DNA of 64,000 bases from an uncultured Planctomycetales bacterium (GTDB lineage: Bacteria; Planctomycetota; MHYJ01; JACPRB01), in the NCBI GenBank assembly GCA_964526305.1, contig CAZGKV010000012.1, positions 8,131 through 72,130 on the forward strand, written 5' to 3'. Shown here one piece after another: positions 54,457 through 64,000 of the stretch. Every line of letters begins with the position of its first letter. Within the stretch, counting starts at the first letter, position 1. The notes below the pieces were generated by a model. That model had not been told where the DNA came from, ran no database searches, and saw only the letters and a list, made by a program, of their open reading frames with translations. A program made the translations under genes and the position numbers.

Positions 54457-54975
54457 ATGACGACGATTCTCACCGTTCGCGTGCGCGGCCATGTGGCGAT
54501 GGCGGGTGACGGCCAGGTAACATTGGGATCCACGGTCGTCAAGCACGGGGCGGTGAAGATCCGCAAGCTCCACGAGGGCAAGGTGCTGGCGGGATTCGCC
54601 GGCGGAACGGCGGATGCCATGGCGCTCCTGGAGCGTTTTGAGGGCATGCTCAAGAAGGCGCAGGGCAGCGTCCCTCGGGCTTCCGTGGACCTCGCCAAGG
54701 AGTGGCGCACGGACCGACAGCTCCGCCGGCTGGAGTCCATCCTCCTCGTGGCCGATCGCGAGCACTCGCTCCTGCTCTCGGGTCAGGGAGACGTCATCGA
54801 GCCGGACGACGGAATCGCGGGGATCGGCTCCGGAGGGCCCTACGCGGTCGCGGCGGCTCGGGCCCTCGCCCGGCACACCCAACTCTCGGCGAAGGAAATC
54901 ACCGAAGAGTCGCTCGCCTTGGCCGCCGATCTTTGCATCTATACCAACACCCGAATTCAGATCGAGGAGCTGTGA
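54457..54975 (+). CDS. hslV: ATP-dependent protease subunit HslV
   Basis: N-terminal TTIL (Thr1 nucleophile) and GSGG motifs, 172 aa. Confidence 0.92.
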   Translation: MTTILTVRVRGHVAMAGDGQVTLGSTVVKHGAVKIRKLHEGKVLAGFAGGTADAMALLERFEGMLKKAQGSVPRASVDLAKEWRTDRQLRRLESILLVADREHSLLLSGQGDVIEPDDGIAGIGSGGPYAVAAARALARHTQLSAKEITEESLALAADLCIYTNTRIQIEEL

Positions 54976-56297
54976 CCGACCCCAAGGAATTGACCCCGCG
55001 GCGGATCGTCGAGGAGCTCGACCGGTACATTATCGGCCAGTCGGAGGCGAAGAAGGTCGTCGCGGTTGCGGTTCGGAATCGGTGGCGACGCCAGCAGCTC
55101 GCCCCCGAGCTTCGGGAGGAGGTCGCGCCCAAGAACATCATGCTCATCGGCCCGACCGGTGTGGGCAAGACCGAGATCGCCCGGCGATTGGCGGTGCTGG
55201 TCTCGGCTCCCTTCGTCAAGGTCGAGGCGACCCGCTACACCGAAGTCGGCTACGTGGGGCGCGACGTGGAGTCGATGGTGCGGGACCTCGTCGAGACCTC
55301 CATCGCCATGGTGAAACGAGAGGAGATGGCCAAGGTCCAGGTTCGTGCGGAGGAACTGGCCGAGGAGCGCCTGTTGGACCTCCTGCTCCCCCGCTCGTCG
55401 GACGACGAACAGCGCGCCGCGTCGAGTCGGGACCGCATGCGGGAGAAGCTGCGTTCCGGGGCGCTCGACGGACGCGAGGTGGAGGTGACGGTCGACGAGA
55501 GACAGGTCCCCTTCATGCAAGTCTTCTCGCCGGGCGGCATGGAGGAGGTCGGATTCGATCTTCCGGGGGCGCTTGGGAACATGTTCCCTCCGAAGCAGGT
55601 TGCGCGTCGCCTTTCCTTGAATGAGGCTCGAAGGGTTTTGACTCAGCAGGAAGCGGAGAAGCTGATCGACCGTGACCGGTGCACCCGCGAGGGATTGCGG
55701 CGGGCTCAAGAGGCCGGAATCATCTTCATCGACGAGATCGACAAGATCGTCGGGGTGAAGTCGACTTCGGGCCCCGATGTTTCCCGCGAAGGAGTGCAGC
55801 GGGATCTCCTCCCGATCGTCGAGGGGGCGAACGTGACCACTCGGTACGGGGTGGTGCGGACCGACCACGTCCTTTTCTTTGCGGCGGGGGCGTTCAGCTT
55901 CTCCAAACCGACGGACCTCATCCCGGAGCTGCAGGGGCGCTTTCCCTTGCGGGCGGAATTGAAAAGCCTGGGGTGCGAGGACTTCGTCCGGATCTTGACG
56001 GAACCGAAAAACGCCCTTCTCAAGCAGTACACGGGCTTGTTGGAGACCGAGGGGATTCGAATCGAGTTCCGCGAGGAGGGGATTCGGGAACTCGCGGAGA
56101 TCGCCGCTTCGGTGAACGCCTCGATGCAGGACATCGGAGCCCGGCGGCTCCATACGGTGGTAGAGCGAACGCTGGAGGAGATTTCGTTCCAGGCGCCGGA
56201 CATCTCGCCCGCGCGAATCACCATCGACGCGAAGTACGTGCGGGAAAAGCTCAAGGGGATTCTCGAGGACGAAGATCTGCGGAAGTACATCCTGTAG
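54972..56297 (+). CDS. hslU: ATP-dependent protease ATPase subunit HslU
   Basis: [16 protein letters not shown] Walker [11 protein letters not shown] Walker B, I-domain insert. GTG overlaps the hslV stop (GTGA). Confidence 0.92.
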   Translation: MTDPKELTPRRIVEELDRYIIGQSEAKKVVAVAVRNRWRRQQLAPELREEVAPKNIMLIGPTGVGKTEIARRLAVLVSAPFVKVEATRYTEVGYVGRDVESMVRDLVETSIAMVKREEMAKVQVRAEELAEERLLDLLLPRSSDDEQRAASSRDRMREKLRSGALDGREVEVTVDERQVPFMQVFSPGGMEEVGFDLPGALGNMFPPKQVARRLSLNEARRVLTQQEAEKLIDRDRCTREGLRRAQEAGIIFIDEIDKIVGVKSTSGPDVSREGVQRDLLPIVEGANVTTRYGVVRTDHVLFFAAGAFSFSKPTDLIPELQGRFPLRAELKSLGCEDFVRILTEPKNALLKQYTGLLETEGIRIEFREEGIRELAEIAASVNASMQDIGARRLHTVVERTLEEISFQAPDISPARITIDAKYVREKLKGILEDEDLRKYIL

Positions 56298-56314
56298 AGG
56301 CGTGCCTTCTCGTC

Positions 56315-57718
56315 TCAGTGCTTGATGGCCGCGGAGCTATGGACTCCCGCCTCGAGGGCGGCGGCGTGGGCGTCCTCTTCCTTCCACTCCGGATACCGGT
56401 TGATCAGGACGGCCAGAAAGCCGGTCCAGACCATGAACGCCTCCATGGTTCGGATGGCGGAGAAACTGGTCGCTCCCCCGGCATGAACGGAAATGGAAAC
56501 GAGAAGGATGAAGTAGCCGGCGACAAACGCCTTGACAAAACCCGGGGTCTCGATCTGGGCATAAAGTCGGTACATGCGTACCGCAATCCGGAACAGGAAC
56601 CACAACAGGGCTGCGAGACCGATCAGCCCCAGATCGACCGCCACGCGAACATACTCGTTGTCCACGTCCCCGAAACTGATGGAACCGGGGCCGCTACCGA
56701 ATGCGGGGCGGCTCAGGATTCGCGACTGGCTTTCCTCCCACGAACTTACCCTGGCCTCCCAGGATTCCGGGCCCGGGCCGCTGAAGATTCCCAAGATGGT
56801 TTGGGCGCGGGCGATGACGTTATCAGGAGCCAGGAGGGGGAAGAGGATCGCCATGATGACGAGGACGACGACGAGACGCCGGTGTTTGAGCAACGCAATG
56901 AGGCCGATCCCGCAGAGGAGCGCGATGTACGAGGTCCGACTGTAGGTGAACATGAGGATATAGAAGAGGACGCCGGCACAGATAACGCTCACGATCCGGG
57001 CCCGCAACGAGGTGAACTGCAAGAAGAATCCGAGGAACATCGAAATGTGGAGGATGACGTACCCACCGAAGATATTGGCCGTCTCCCCAAGAGGACCGTG
57101 AAGCCGTTGCGTACTAGGATCCTCCAAGACTCTCGATTGCCCCAGGCTGATCGTAGCGGCGGCCAGGCTGACCAGGAGGGTGAAGATGACGAACGCCCGG
57201 AACTCGGCATAGGTCCGGACATTGTTTAGGACGATCAGGAATAGCAGGACGTAGATTAGGTTCTTCCCCAGAAGCAAGCCGCTGCGGGTCCATTCGACGG
57301 ATCCGGAGGAAACTCCCAACAAGGCGGAGACAATCATGACTCCCAGGTATGCAAGCATCGGTGCCTTGAATGGGTTCGAAGCCAGCTCTTCCCGGTTGCG
57401 GAGCGTGCGCAGGAGCCAGGCCACCAACAGGGCCGGAACGACGAAGTCTTCGAACCGGAGATTGTTGAAGTCTCCCACGCCGACTTCAGGGGACAGTCCT
57501 ATACACAGGATGAGAATCCCCATTCCGAACCGGATATTGATGAGGGTCAAGAGGTAAGCGAGGGCCGCCAGCGCGGCGCTAAACTGCACGAAGGAAGCCT
57601 GACCCGTGATGTCCGTCACGGCCATCATGAGGTAGGCCAGCAGTCCCAGCACGAGCGAAGTTACGATGATCGCCGGGAGCGGGCTCGGGGGTTTCGAACT
57701 TTGATCGAGATCCATCAT
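56315..57718 (-). CDS. O-antigen ligase / Wzy-type polymerase family membrane protein
   Basis: About 12 TM helices with a Wzy_C-like periplasmic loop (YSRTSYIALLCGIGLIAL), 467 aa. Confidence 0.65.
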   Translation of the reverse strand: MMDLDQSSKPPSPLPAIIVTSLVLGLLAYLMMAVTDITGQASFVQFSAALAALAYLLTLINIRFGMGILILCIGLSPEVGVGDFNNLRFEDFVVPALLVAWLLRTLRNREELASNPFKAPMLAYLGVMIVSALLGVSSGSVEWTRSGLLLGKNLIYVLLFLIVLNNVRTYAEFRAFVIFTLLVSLAAATISLGQSRVLEDPSTQRLHGPLGETANIFGGYVILHISMFLGFFLQFTSLRARIVSVICAGVLFYILMFTYSRTSYIALLCGIGLIALLKHRRLVVVLVIMAILFPLLAPDNVIARAQTILGIFSGPGPESWEARVSSWEESQSRILSRPAFGSGPGSISFGDVDNEYVRVAVDLGLIGLAALLWFLFRIAVRMYRLYAQIETPGFVKAFVAGYFILLVSISVHAGGATSFSAIRTMEAFMVWTGFLAVLINRYPEWKEEDAHAAALEAGVHSSAAIKH

Positions 57719-57805
57719 GATGCTATAGGATTATCGGACATGTCCCGCATACCGCGATTGGATTTTCGACATCGGGTGGTCGATAAGCATTCGGGACCAA
57801 ACCCG

Positions 57806-58738
57806 ATGCCAACTCCTCCCCTCGTGGCCATTATTGTCCTCGATTTCAATGGGAAAGAGGATACCCTGGAATGTGTTCGATCAATTGTCCGAATCCGCTA
57901 TTCCAGGTTCAGACTGTATGCCGTAAACAACGGCTCTCAAGAGTCTATCCTCGACGAGGTAAAGCAAATCCTGCCCCAGGCGGTCGTTATCGAGAATCGA
58001 GAAAACCTTGGATTCACTGGTGGGAGCAACATTGGATGTCGACGGGCCCTAGAAGATGGGGCCGACTTCGTACTTCTGCTCAACAACGATACCGTGGTGG
58101 ATCCGGAATTCCTCTCGCCTTTGATCCGAATGATGGAGTGTCCCGAAGTAGGTATGGTGACGTCGAAGATCTACTTCTATGGAGAAGATCGCGTCTTTTG
58201 GGCCTACGGAGCGAGGGTGGGCCGGTGGACGGGGCGATCGACGCATCTCGGAGTTTATTGCCGGGACGTGGGACAATTCGATCATCTTCGAGATGTAGAA
58301 CGGATCACGGGATGCGCCATGTTCGTGAGGCGGGAAGTGTTCGAGAGAGTCGGATTCCTGGACGACCGGTTCTTCGCCTATTCGGAGGACCTGGATTGGT
58401 GTCTGAGAGCCCGTCGTCTCGGTTTCCGCCTGCAGGTGGCCCCGGACTCGGTTATCTGGCACAAGGGACACCGGAGCAGCGGACGAGCGGGCCGTCCGTT
58501 CATCACCTATCTTCTCGCCCGAAATCACCTCCTGATGCTAAGGAAGAACTCGGACTACTTCGCCTGCGGAGGGGGGCCCGCCCTTTGGTATGCCGGCCTC
58601 GCGGGAATCAAGGAAATGGCACGATTCCTTCTTCGATGGGTTCGATCGCGGGAAGCGAACGAGTGGGAGTGCTTCTTGGCGGTGGCGCGGGGATGGCGGG
58701 ACTTCGCTTGCGGCCGATGGGGGGCTCCGCGGCATTGA
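57806..58738 (+). CDS. glycosyltransferase family 2
   Basis: VAIIVLDFNG...LLNNDT...DxD-like EDLD, GT2 fold, 310 aa. An alternative earlier start is possible. Confidence 0.75.
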   Translation: MPTPPLVAIIVLDFNGKEDTLECVRSIVRIRYSRFRLYAVNNGSQESILDEVKQILPQAVVIENRENLGFTGGSNIGCRRALEDGADFVLLLNNDTVVDPEFLSPLIRMMECPEVGMVTSKIYFYGEDRVFWAYGARVGRWTGRSTHLGVYCRDVGQFDHLRDVERITGCAMFVRREVFERVGFLDDRFFAYSEDLDWCLRARRLGFRLQVAPDSVIWHKGHRSSGRAGRPFITYLLARNHLLMLRKNSDYFACGGGPALWYAGLAGIKEMARFLLRWVRSREANEWECFLAVARGWRDFACGRWGAPRH

Positions 58739-58750
58739 CGGGCCGTGCCT

Positions 58751-60238
58751 TCAATCGCCGCCGCACCTGGGCTCCCAACGCCGGATTTCCAACCGCCAGG
58801 GAGGAAAGGACACCCGCTTCAGACTTCCCCGGCGGAGAGAAGCGGGGATTCGAGGAACATGCACCTTGACCGGCTCCGGCAGAGCCTGAGTCCAGGCCGG
58901 CTGAACGGTTCCATACGTCGAACGATCATGAGAGATCCAGTAGTGGTCTACGATAACCCAGGCAGGTTCGGCGGGAGGGGCCTCGTTCCAGGTTACGTAC
59001 CGATGGCGAGGCCGAAACCGGTCGAAGAAGAGCAAGCTGAAACGCGTTCGCTCATCCCCTACGACGACTCCGGCAGGCTGGTCCGACAAGAATCGGTGCG
59101 CCTCCTCAAGGTTTTCACGTGCCGTCGAAGCGTCTGACCAGAGTCGGATCGAGGCAGCCATGTTGACGACCAAGAGAGCGACCAAGCCAAGGACGACATG
59201 GATCCGGCGTCGGGTGGGAAGTAGGAGGCAGACGCTTCGGGCCAGAACCAGAGCAGCAGGGAGCGTCAGCATTTCCAGCGTGCGCGGGCGCGCGACGAAG
59301 GCGAGGCGGAAGGGAAAGAGGCTGCTCGGGGTGAGACAGATGAAAATGAAAAGAACCATCCACCATCCGAGGGCCCACCGGCCCGCCCGGTCTCGAATCC
59401 ACCACACGTGGATCGCGGCCGGTAGGAAGGCAACATAGAAGAGGCCAAAGAACGGAAAGAGAGGAGCCATGGGATGGAACATCATCAGGGGGACTTCTAG
59501 AAAAAGCCGATGGGCGATCTGAGCCGCCGAGGAAAAGTGTTTCTCCATGTACTCCGAATGAGCTCCTCGAGTGGCGTGGAGCCGGAACGCCGGATCGCCG
59601 AACAAGGCGTACACGATCGTCTCGATTGCGACAACGAGGGCGAAGCCGGCCAGGAGATACAGAAACCTCTTACGACCCCAGGTAGATCGTAGCGACAGGA
59701 CGGCGATGACCGCGATAAGAAAGAACGCGGGTTCCTTCGTGAGGTGCCCCATTCCCAAAGAGCCTCCTCCCAAGAACCCGAGCCATGGCTTCCTTTCGGA
59801 GAGCTGCCAGACAAGGACGGAAAGCCCCATCCACGCACTCAACGGCAAGTCCGCATGCACTTCGGTTGCGTGATGGAGGTTGAGAGGCATGAAGGCAACG
59901 AGCATCGCCGCGACCAATCCCATTCTTGCGTCGCTCAAGCGGCTCCCGAGAGCAAAGCCGAGGAAGATCGTGGCAAGGGAGGAGAGGAAATTGACGAAGA
60001 CGGCGGCGAAAATGCTGATGCCGAATAAAGCGAAGGCTCCCGCCATCGGTACCCATAGCCCCACGCGGGAGGCATAGGGATTGGTCTGGAGGGAGGAGGT
60101 TCCTTCTCTGAGTTTCCAGGCCAAGTCGATGTAAACCTGATCATCCGACGCCTGATATCCCGTAAACAGCCAGAGCCGAAGGGCGGCTCCCAAGGCCAGG
60201 ATCAGAATCAGCCACCCACGAGCGGTTCGAGAACTCAT
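58751..60238 (-). CDS. PMT/ArnT-like (GT39/GT83-type) membrane glycosyltransferase
   Basis: Multi-TM N-terminal domain with DD-type motif (ASDDQVYIDLAW) typical of dolichyl-phosphate-mannose/undecaprenyl-sugar transferases. Soluble C-terminal domain. Start at MSSRTARGWLILIL. Confidence 0.6.
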   Translation of the reverse strand: MSSRTARGWLILILALGAALRLWLFTGYQASDDQVYIDLAWKLREGTSSLQTNPYASRVGLWVPMAGAFALFGISIFAAVFVNFLSSLATIFLGFALGSRLSDARMGLVAAMLVAFMPLNLHHATEVHADLPLSAWMGLSVLVWQLSERKPWLGFLGGGSLGMGHLTKEPAFFLIAVIAVLSLRSTWGRKRFLYLLAGFALVVAIETIVYALFGDPAFRLHATRGAHSEYMEKHFSSAAQIAHRLFLEVPLMMFHPMAPLFPFFGLFYVAFLPAAIHVWWIRDRAGRWALGWWMVLFIFICLTPSSLFPFRLAFVARPRTLEMLTLPAALVLARSVCLLLPTRRRIHVVLGLVALLVVNMAASIRLWSDASTARENLEEAHRFLSDQPAGVVVGDERTRFSLLFFDRFRPRHRYVTWNEAPPAEPAWVIVDHYWISHDRSTYGTVQPAWTQALPEPVKVHVPRIPASLRRGSLKRVSFPPWRLEIRRWEPRCGGD

Positions 60239-61407
60239 GACGAGACTCGATATCGACTCACCAAGTCCTCGGCGGCGCGCAAGAGAGAATCGAACCCCCG
60301 GTCCCAGTCCGCCCGATCTTGGATGATTCGGACGTTCTTCTCTCGAGAAGAGGATCGCAGCAGCGGATCCGTGAGGAGTCGATCGAGCGCGCTCTCCAAT
60401 TCTTCTTGCCGGGCAGGGTCGAAGAGGAGACCGTTTTCGCCGTGGACGACCCATTCCCGGATGGCGGGAAGATCGGAGACCACTACGGGGAGTCCACAGG
60501 CCATCGCCTCCAAAAGGCTCAAGGAGGTACCGTCGCTCTGAGAGGGCGAAACGTACAGATCAGCCGCGTTTAGGAAATAGGCCAATCGTTCATTGGGGAC
60601 GAAGCCGGCAAAGTGAACACGATTGTCCAATCCTAATTCTCGTGTCGCCCTTTGCAAGTCGGTATCGCACGAGCCGCGCCCTACGATGATCAGGCAGAGG
60701 TCCGGATGTCGACTCGAGAGTCGGGCAAGAGCGCGGAGGGCCCATTCGATCCGATAGACCGGCTCCAACGAGCGGGTGGTGATGGCGATGGTCTTGCCTT
60801 GCCAGCCCAGCCGGTTCCGGAGGTCGGGATCGGAACGGTGCGGATGGAAGAGTTTGAGATCCACCCCCCAAGGGACGACGAGGGTCTTCTCCGTCGCAAT
60901 CCTCCCAAGCTCGATGGCCTGCCGCATCACATGACGGGCGTCGCAGGAAACGAAGTCCGCCTTGCTCAGAGTATACCGCGCCATTTCCCGGTAGCGACGC
61001 CTCCACTTCGGGTAGAGCAGAACGTCCGATCCCCACGGCGTCATCAGGATCGGATGAACCCCCGAAACCGCGGCGAGGAAGCTGGAAGTAAGAAGCCAGC
61101 CCGACACCACCAGATCGATGTGAAACCGGCGCACGTCTCTTTTGAGGAGCGACAGAGCCTGAAGGAAACTCCTCCCATAGATCAGGAAACGGGGGATCCG
61201 CTCGGAGGGGCAGCGAGCGCCGTCCGGATAGCCGGGCAGATCGCGGTGTACGATTTCGAGCCGAGGGATGTTGCGGATCCCGTCGGGCAATTCCGGCGAT
61301 CGGTGATAGAAGGTGTACAGGATGACTCGATGGGGCGACTGCGCGTATTTCCGAAGAAACCGGATATCGTGAATGTTCAGAATATCCGAGAGATACAGGA
61401 TATTCAT
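60235..61407 (-). CDS. glycosyltransferase family 4
   Basis: GT4 C-terminal EX7E-type motif region (SPSQSDGTSLSLLEAMACGLPVVVSD), 390 aa. Stop overlaps the downstream start. Confidence 0.8.
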   Translation of the reverse strand: MNILYLSDILNIHDIRFLRKYAQSPHRVILYTFYHRSPELPDGIRNIPRLEIVHRDLPGYPDGARCPSERIPRFLIYGRSFLQALSLLKRDVRRFHIDLVVSGWLLTSSFLAAVSGVHPILMTPWGSDVLLYPKWRRRYREMARYTLSKADFVSCDARHVMRQAIELGRIATEKTLVVPWGVDLKLFHPHRSDPDLRNRLGWQGKTIAITTRSLEPVYRIEWALRALARLSSRHPDLCLIIVGRGSCDTDLQRATRELGLDNRVHFAGFVPNERLAYFLNAADLYVSPSQSDGTSLSLLEAMACGLPVVVSDLPAIREWVVHGENGLLFDPARQEELESALDRLLTDPLLRSSSREKNVRIIQDRADWDRGFDSLLRAAEDLVSRYRVSS

Positions 61408-61420
61408 GGGGGCGGGGCGA

Positions 61421-62326
61421 CTACGGGACGGAACGGAACCAATCGAGGGATTTCCTCATTCCCTCGAGAAAGGACACTTGGGGTTTCCAACCCAAGACCG
61501 TCTTCGCCTTCTGGTTGGAGACCGTCTTCCCCTTGTAATCTCCGGGTCGGGCGGGTCCGAATCGAATCTCGACCTGATTTCCGAGGATGGAGCGAATCGT
61601 CTCGGCGATTTGCAGGACGCTCACTTCCTCTTCGCCTTCGAGGTTGAAGGTCTCGTTCTTCCCATTTTCGGAGAGGGCGAGAAGATGGGCCTGGATCAAG
61701 TCGTCGATGAAGATGAAGTTGCGGTACTGCTTCCCGTCTCCCGCCACGGTCAGGGGCTCTCCGCGAAGGGCCTTGCGGATGAAGATGGGAATGACCATCT
61801 CTTCCCGCATTCGCGGACCGTATGGGATGCCGTAGCGCAGAATGGTGAACGGAACTTGGTACAGCTTCCAGTAGTCATGCAAGAGAAGTTCTGCGCCGAT
61901 CTTCGTGGAGGTGTAGACGTGGCCGGCTCCCGGCATGTAAAAGGGGCTCTCCTCGGTCATGAGTTCCCCCTTCGAGCCGGTGTAGACCCATACGGTGCTC
62001 GCGAAAAACACGCGCTGGATCCCGTTGTGACGCGCGGCCTCGAGAATGTTCGCCGTCCCGGTCAGATTGGTCTGGACCGTGTAGAGCGGCTGTTCGAAGG
62101 CATAGTTGACGTTGGAAACCGCAGCCAAATGGTACAGAACGTTGCATCCCTTTGTGGCGTTGAGAACGGAAGAGAAGTCGACGATGTCGGTGTCCTTGTA
62201 GCGAAGATCCTTCCGATGGGGTCGCGCGCGATAGTCCAGAATCGTCACTTCATGTCCCGCCGCCGCCAGCGCGTCGACGAGGTGGGACCCGATGAAACCC
62301 GAACCGCCGGTGACGGCGCATTTCAT
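61421..62326 (-). CDS. NAD-dependent epimerase/dehydratase family protein
   Basis: VTGGSGFIGSHL Rossmann motif and YxxxK (YTSTK), 301 aa. Confidence 0.85.
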   Translation of the reverse strand: MKCAVTGGSGFIGSHLVDALAAAGHEVTILDYRARPHRKDLRYKDTDIVDFSSVLNATKGCNVLYHLAAVSNVNYAFEQPLYTVQTNLTGTANILEAARHNGIQRVFFASTVWVYTGSKGELMTEESPFYMPGAGHVYTSTKIGAELLLHDYWKLYQVPFTILRYGIPYGPRMREEMVIPIFIRKALRGEPLTVAGDGKQYRNFIFIDDLIQAHLLALSENGKNETFNLEGEEEVSVLQIAETIRSILGNQVEIRFGPARPGDYKGKTVSNQKAKTVLGWKPQVSFLEGMRKSLDWFRSVP

Positions 62327-62334
62327 GATTTGTC

Positions 62335-63468
62335 CTAGGGCTGAAGTTCTTCTCGAAGCGACCGGGCGACGTACACGGCCTCTTCTTGGGTCATCCCGTT
62401 ATAGATCGGCACGCACACATGTCTGGAGCACAGCCTTTCCGCGACGGGATAATCGCCGGCTCGATACTGTTCGTGGTAGTACGGTTGAAGATGGCACGGG
62501 AGCTTGTACACCTCCCCGCTGAGAGACACTTCCCGATTCTTCTTGAGCGCATCTTGCAGTCGGTCCCGATTCACGCCCTCGTGCAGGAGTGCGATGTATT
62601 TGTAGTAGTTGGATTGTGCCCCCGCGGGGATCTTCAAAGGGGCGATCCCGGGCAGGGAGGCGATTTCCTCATCGTAGATTCTCGCGATGGCCCGCCGTTC
62701 CTCGACGAAAGATTCCAGGTGTTCGAGATGGGTGTGCCCGACGAGGGCGTGGATCTCGCTCATTCGCCAATTGTAGCCCAAACGGCCGTGCTCGTTTTGG
62801 GTGAAGCTGACCTTACCCTGGTCGCGATACAGGCGGGCCTCGTCTCGGATCTTCTCCGAACGCGTGACGATGGCGCCTCCCTCCCCGGAAGTGATCAGCT
62901 TGGTCGGATAGAAGGAATAGGCGGCGGCGTCGCCGAACGAACCCGCCGACGCTCCGTCGAGGGAAGAACCGTGGGCGTGGGCGGCGTCTTCGAGGAGGAA
63001 GAGACTCCGTCGGCGGCAGAGATCCGCAATCTCCGGCATCCGAGGCGTGATGATTCCGCCGATGTGGACCACGATGATCCCCGCCGTCCGGGAGGTGATC
63101 CTGGCCTCCATGTCTTTCACATCCACGGAGAAGGTCGCGGGGTCAGCGTCTACGAAGACCGGAACCGCCGTCGCGTGCAGCACGGCGAGCGCCGTAGCGA
63201 AAAAAGTGTTCGTGGGCATCAGCACTTCCTTCCCCCCGGCCCCCAGGATCCTCAGGGCGATTTCGAGCGCGCTCGTGCCGCTGTTTACCGCCACCGCGTG
63301 GGGCAGACGGGTGGTTCGGGCGAACGCCTCCTCGAAGCGCTGCGTCCACGGACCGAGGGTGAGTTGCCCCGAGGCGAGGATGGTACCGATCTCGCCCCGA
63401 ATCCGATCGATGTCTTCCGGAGTGAATCGGACGCGCGCGGGAGGTATCTTCACTTCGCGTTCCCCCAT
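62335..63468 (-). CDS. DegT/DnrJ/EryC1/StrS-family sugar aminotransferase (PLP-dependent)
   Basis: AVNSGTSALEIAL, DAAHAHGS and SFYPTKLITSGEGG (Lys) motifs, 377 aa. Confidence 0.85.
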   Translation of the reverse strand: MGEREVKIPPARVRFTPEDIDRIRGEIGTILASGQLTLGPWTQRFEEAFARTTRLPHAVAVNSGTSALEIALRILGAGGKEVLMPTNTFFATALAVLHATAVPVFVDADPATFSVDVKDMEARITSRTAGIIVVHIGGIITPRMPEIADLCRRRSLFLLEDAAHAHGSSLDGASAGSFGDAAAYSFYPTKLITSGEGGAIVTRSEKIRDEARLYRDQGKVSFTQNEHGRLGYNWRMSEIHALVGHTHLEHLESFVEERRAIARIYDEEIASLPGIAPLKIPAGAQSNYYKYIALLHEGVNRDRLQDALKKNREVSLSGEVYKLPCHLQPYYHEQYRAGDYPVAERLCSRHVCVPIYNGMTQEEAVYVARSLREELQP

Positions 63469-64000
63469 TCTCTCTGCAGGATCGAGGCGATGCGTTCCGC
63501 GGTGCGACCGTCCCAAAGGGGAGGACGCCGGAGGACGACCCGTCGTCCCCTCAAGATCTCGTCCAGAGCCGCCAAGACTTCGACCGGCTTCTCGCTGACC
63601 AAACGGTTCGCGCCCGCCCATTGGGTGATGGACCGCTCGGTGTTCGGGCGTACGGTGAGACAGGGGACTCCCAGGACCGCGCACTCCTCCTGGATCCCGC
63701 CGGAGTCGGTGACCACGGCCTTGGCCTCCGACAAGAGCGAGATGAAGTCGAGGTATCCCAAGGGCTCGATCAACTGCGGTTTCCTCGAGGAATCTCTCGA
63801 AGAAAAGCGCCGCAATAGTCCGCTCTTCCGGAGCGCGCGGATCGTTCGTGGATGGGCGGGGAGGATCGAGGGGATGCGGCTCTGGATTCTTTCCAGCATC
63901 CCGACGACTTCCCGCAGCCGCCGGGGATCGTCGACGTTGGAGGGGCGGTGCATCGTGATCGTCGCGTACGACCGGGGAGGGAGACCGAAGCGCTCCCAGA
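63450..64000 (-). CDS. wecB: UDP-N-acetylglucosamine 2-epimerase (3' part; gene continues beyond window end)
   Basis: C-terminal epimerase motifs (AHPRT, DSGGIQEE, PCLTVRPNTER). In-frame to the window edge. Confidence 0.8.
   Translation of the reverse strand, partial: WERFGLPPRSYATITMHRPSNVDDPRRLREVVGMLERIQSRIPSILPAHPRTIRALRKSGLLRRFSSRDSSRKPQLIEPLGYLDFISLLSEAKAVVTDSGGIQEECAVLGVPCLTVRPNTERSITQWAGANRLVSEKPVEVLAALDEILRGRRVVLRRPPLWDGRTAERIASILQREWGNAK

Noticed and set aside
1-64000. CRISPR arrays, rRNA/tRNA genes, IS elements/transposases, integrases
   Set aside because: No short direct-repeat/spacer arrays, no cloverleaf-like conserved tRNA sequences in intergenic regions, and no transposase or integrase motifs seen in any frame. 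tRNA detection by eye is unreliable, so tRNAscan-SE should be run.

Overview
High-GC (~65-68%) bacterial chromosomal segment. From gene content it is probably an Acidobacteria or Planctomycetes-type organism: it has DUF1549/DUF1553/DUF1501 proteins, an ECF sigma factor with the FPTTRWS motif paired with a Ser/Thr kinase carrying TPR repeats, and NHL and PD40 repeat proteins. Many adjacent genes overlap by ATGA/GTGA, which indicates translationally coupled operons. Most of the window is housekeeping: glycogen metabolism (glgA, a GH57 enzyme, glgC), lpdA, lipA, aspS, thrS-infC-rpmI-rplT-pheST, metG, holB, tmk, hslVU, thiSG, ppx and mgtE. The last ~8 kb (56.3-64 kb) is a cell-envelope glycan locus. 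The features that stand out are: (1) a complete class II lasso-peptide biosynthetic cluster in D-B-A-C order at 13.6-18.0 kb, with a 48-aa precursor whose leader matches the YxxPxLxxxGxxxxxTxG motif and a strong hairpin right after the precursor gene; (2) a DUF2752 gene whose only in-frame TGA falls exactly on the first conserved Cys of the CPx6TGx2CPGCGxTR motif, so it is either a selenocysteine candidate or a pseudogene; (3) an outer-membrane beta-barrel gene whose signal peptide is followed by TGA-CCT-GCC-TGA (a U/C-P-A-U/C arrangement); (4) a multidomain protein with tandem HU/IHF-like domains, a receiver-like region and an RsbW-type HATPase_c domain, directly after a stand-alone T2SSE_N/MshEN-like protein; (5) a RimK plus AstE/AspA-family hydrolase plus MgtC trio inside the glycogen locus; (6) a polyamine cluster of pdaD, a deoxyhypusine-synthase-like gene, agmatinase and a Memo-like gene; (7) several near-consensus sigma70 promoters placed so that the mRNAs would be leaderless or nearly so (thrS, hslV, a zinc-ribbon membrane protein gene). 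I found no CRISPR array, no rRNA or tRNA, and no obvious IS or transposase. Long GC-rich antisense and off-frame ORFs in the six-frame track are artefacts. All product calls come from recognisable motifs in the translations; no database search was run.
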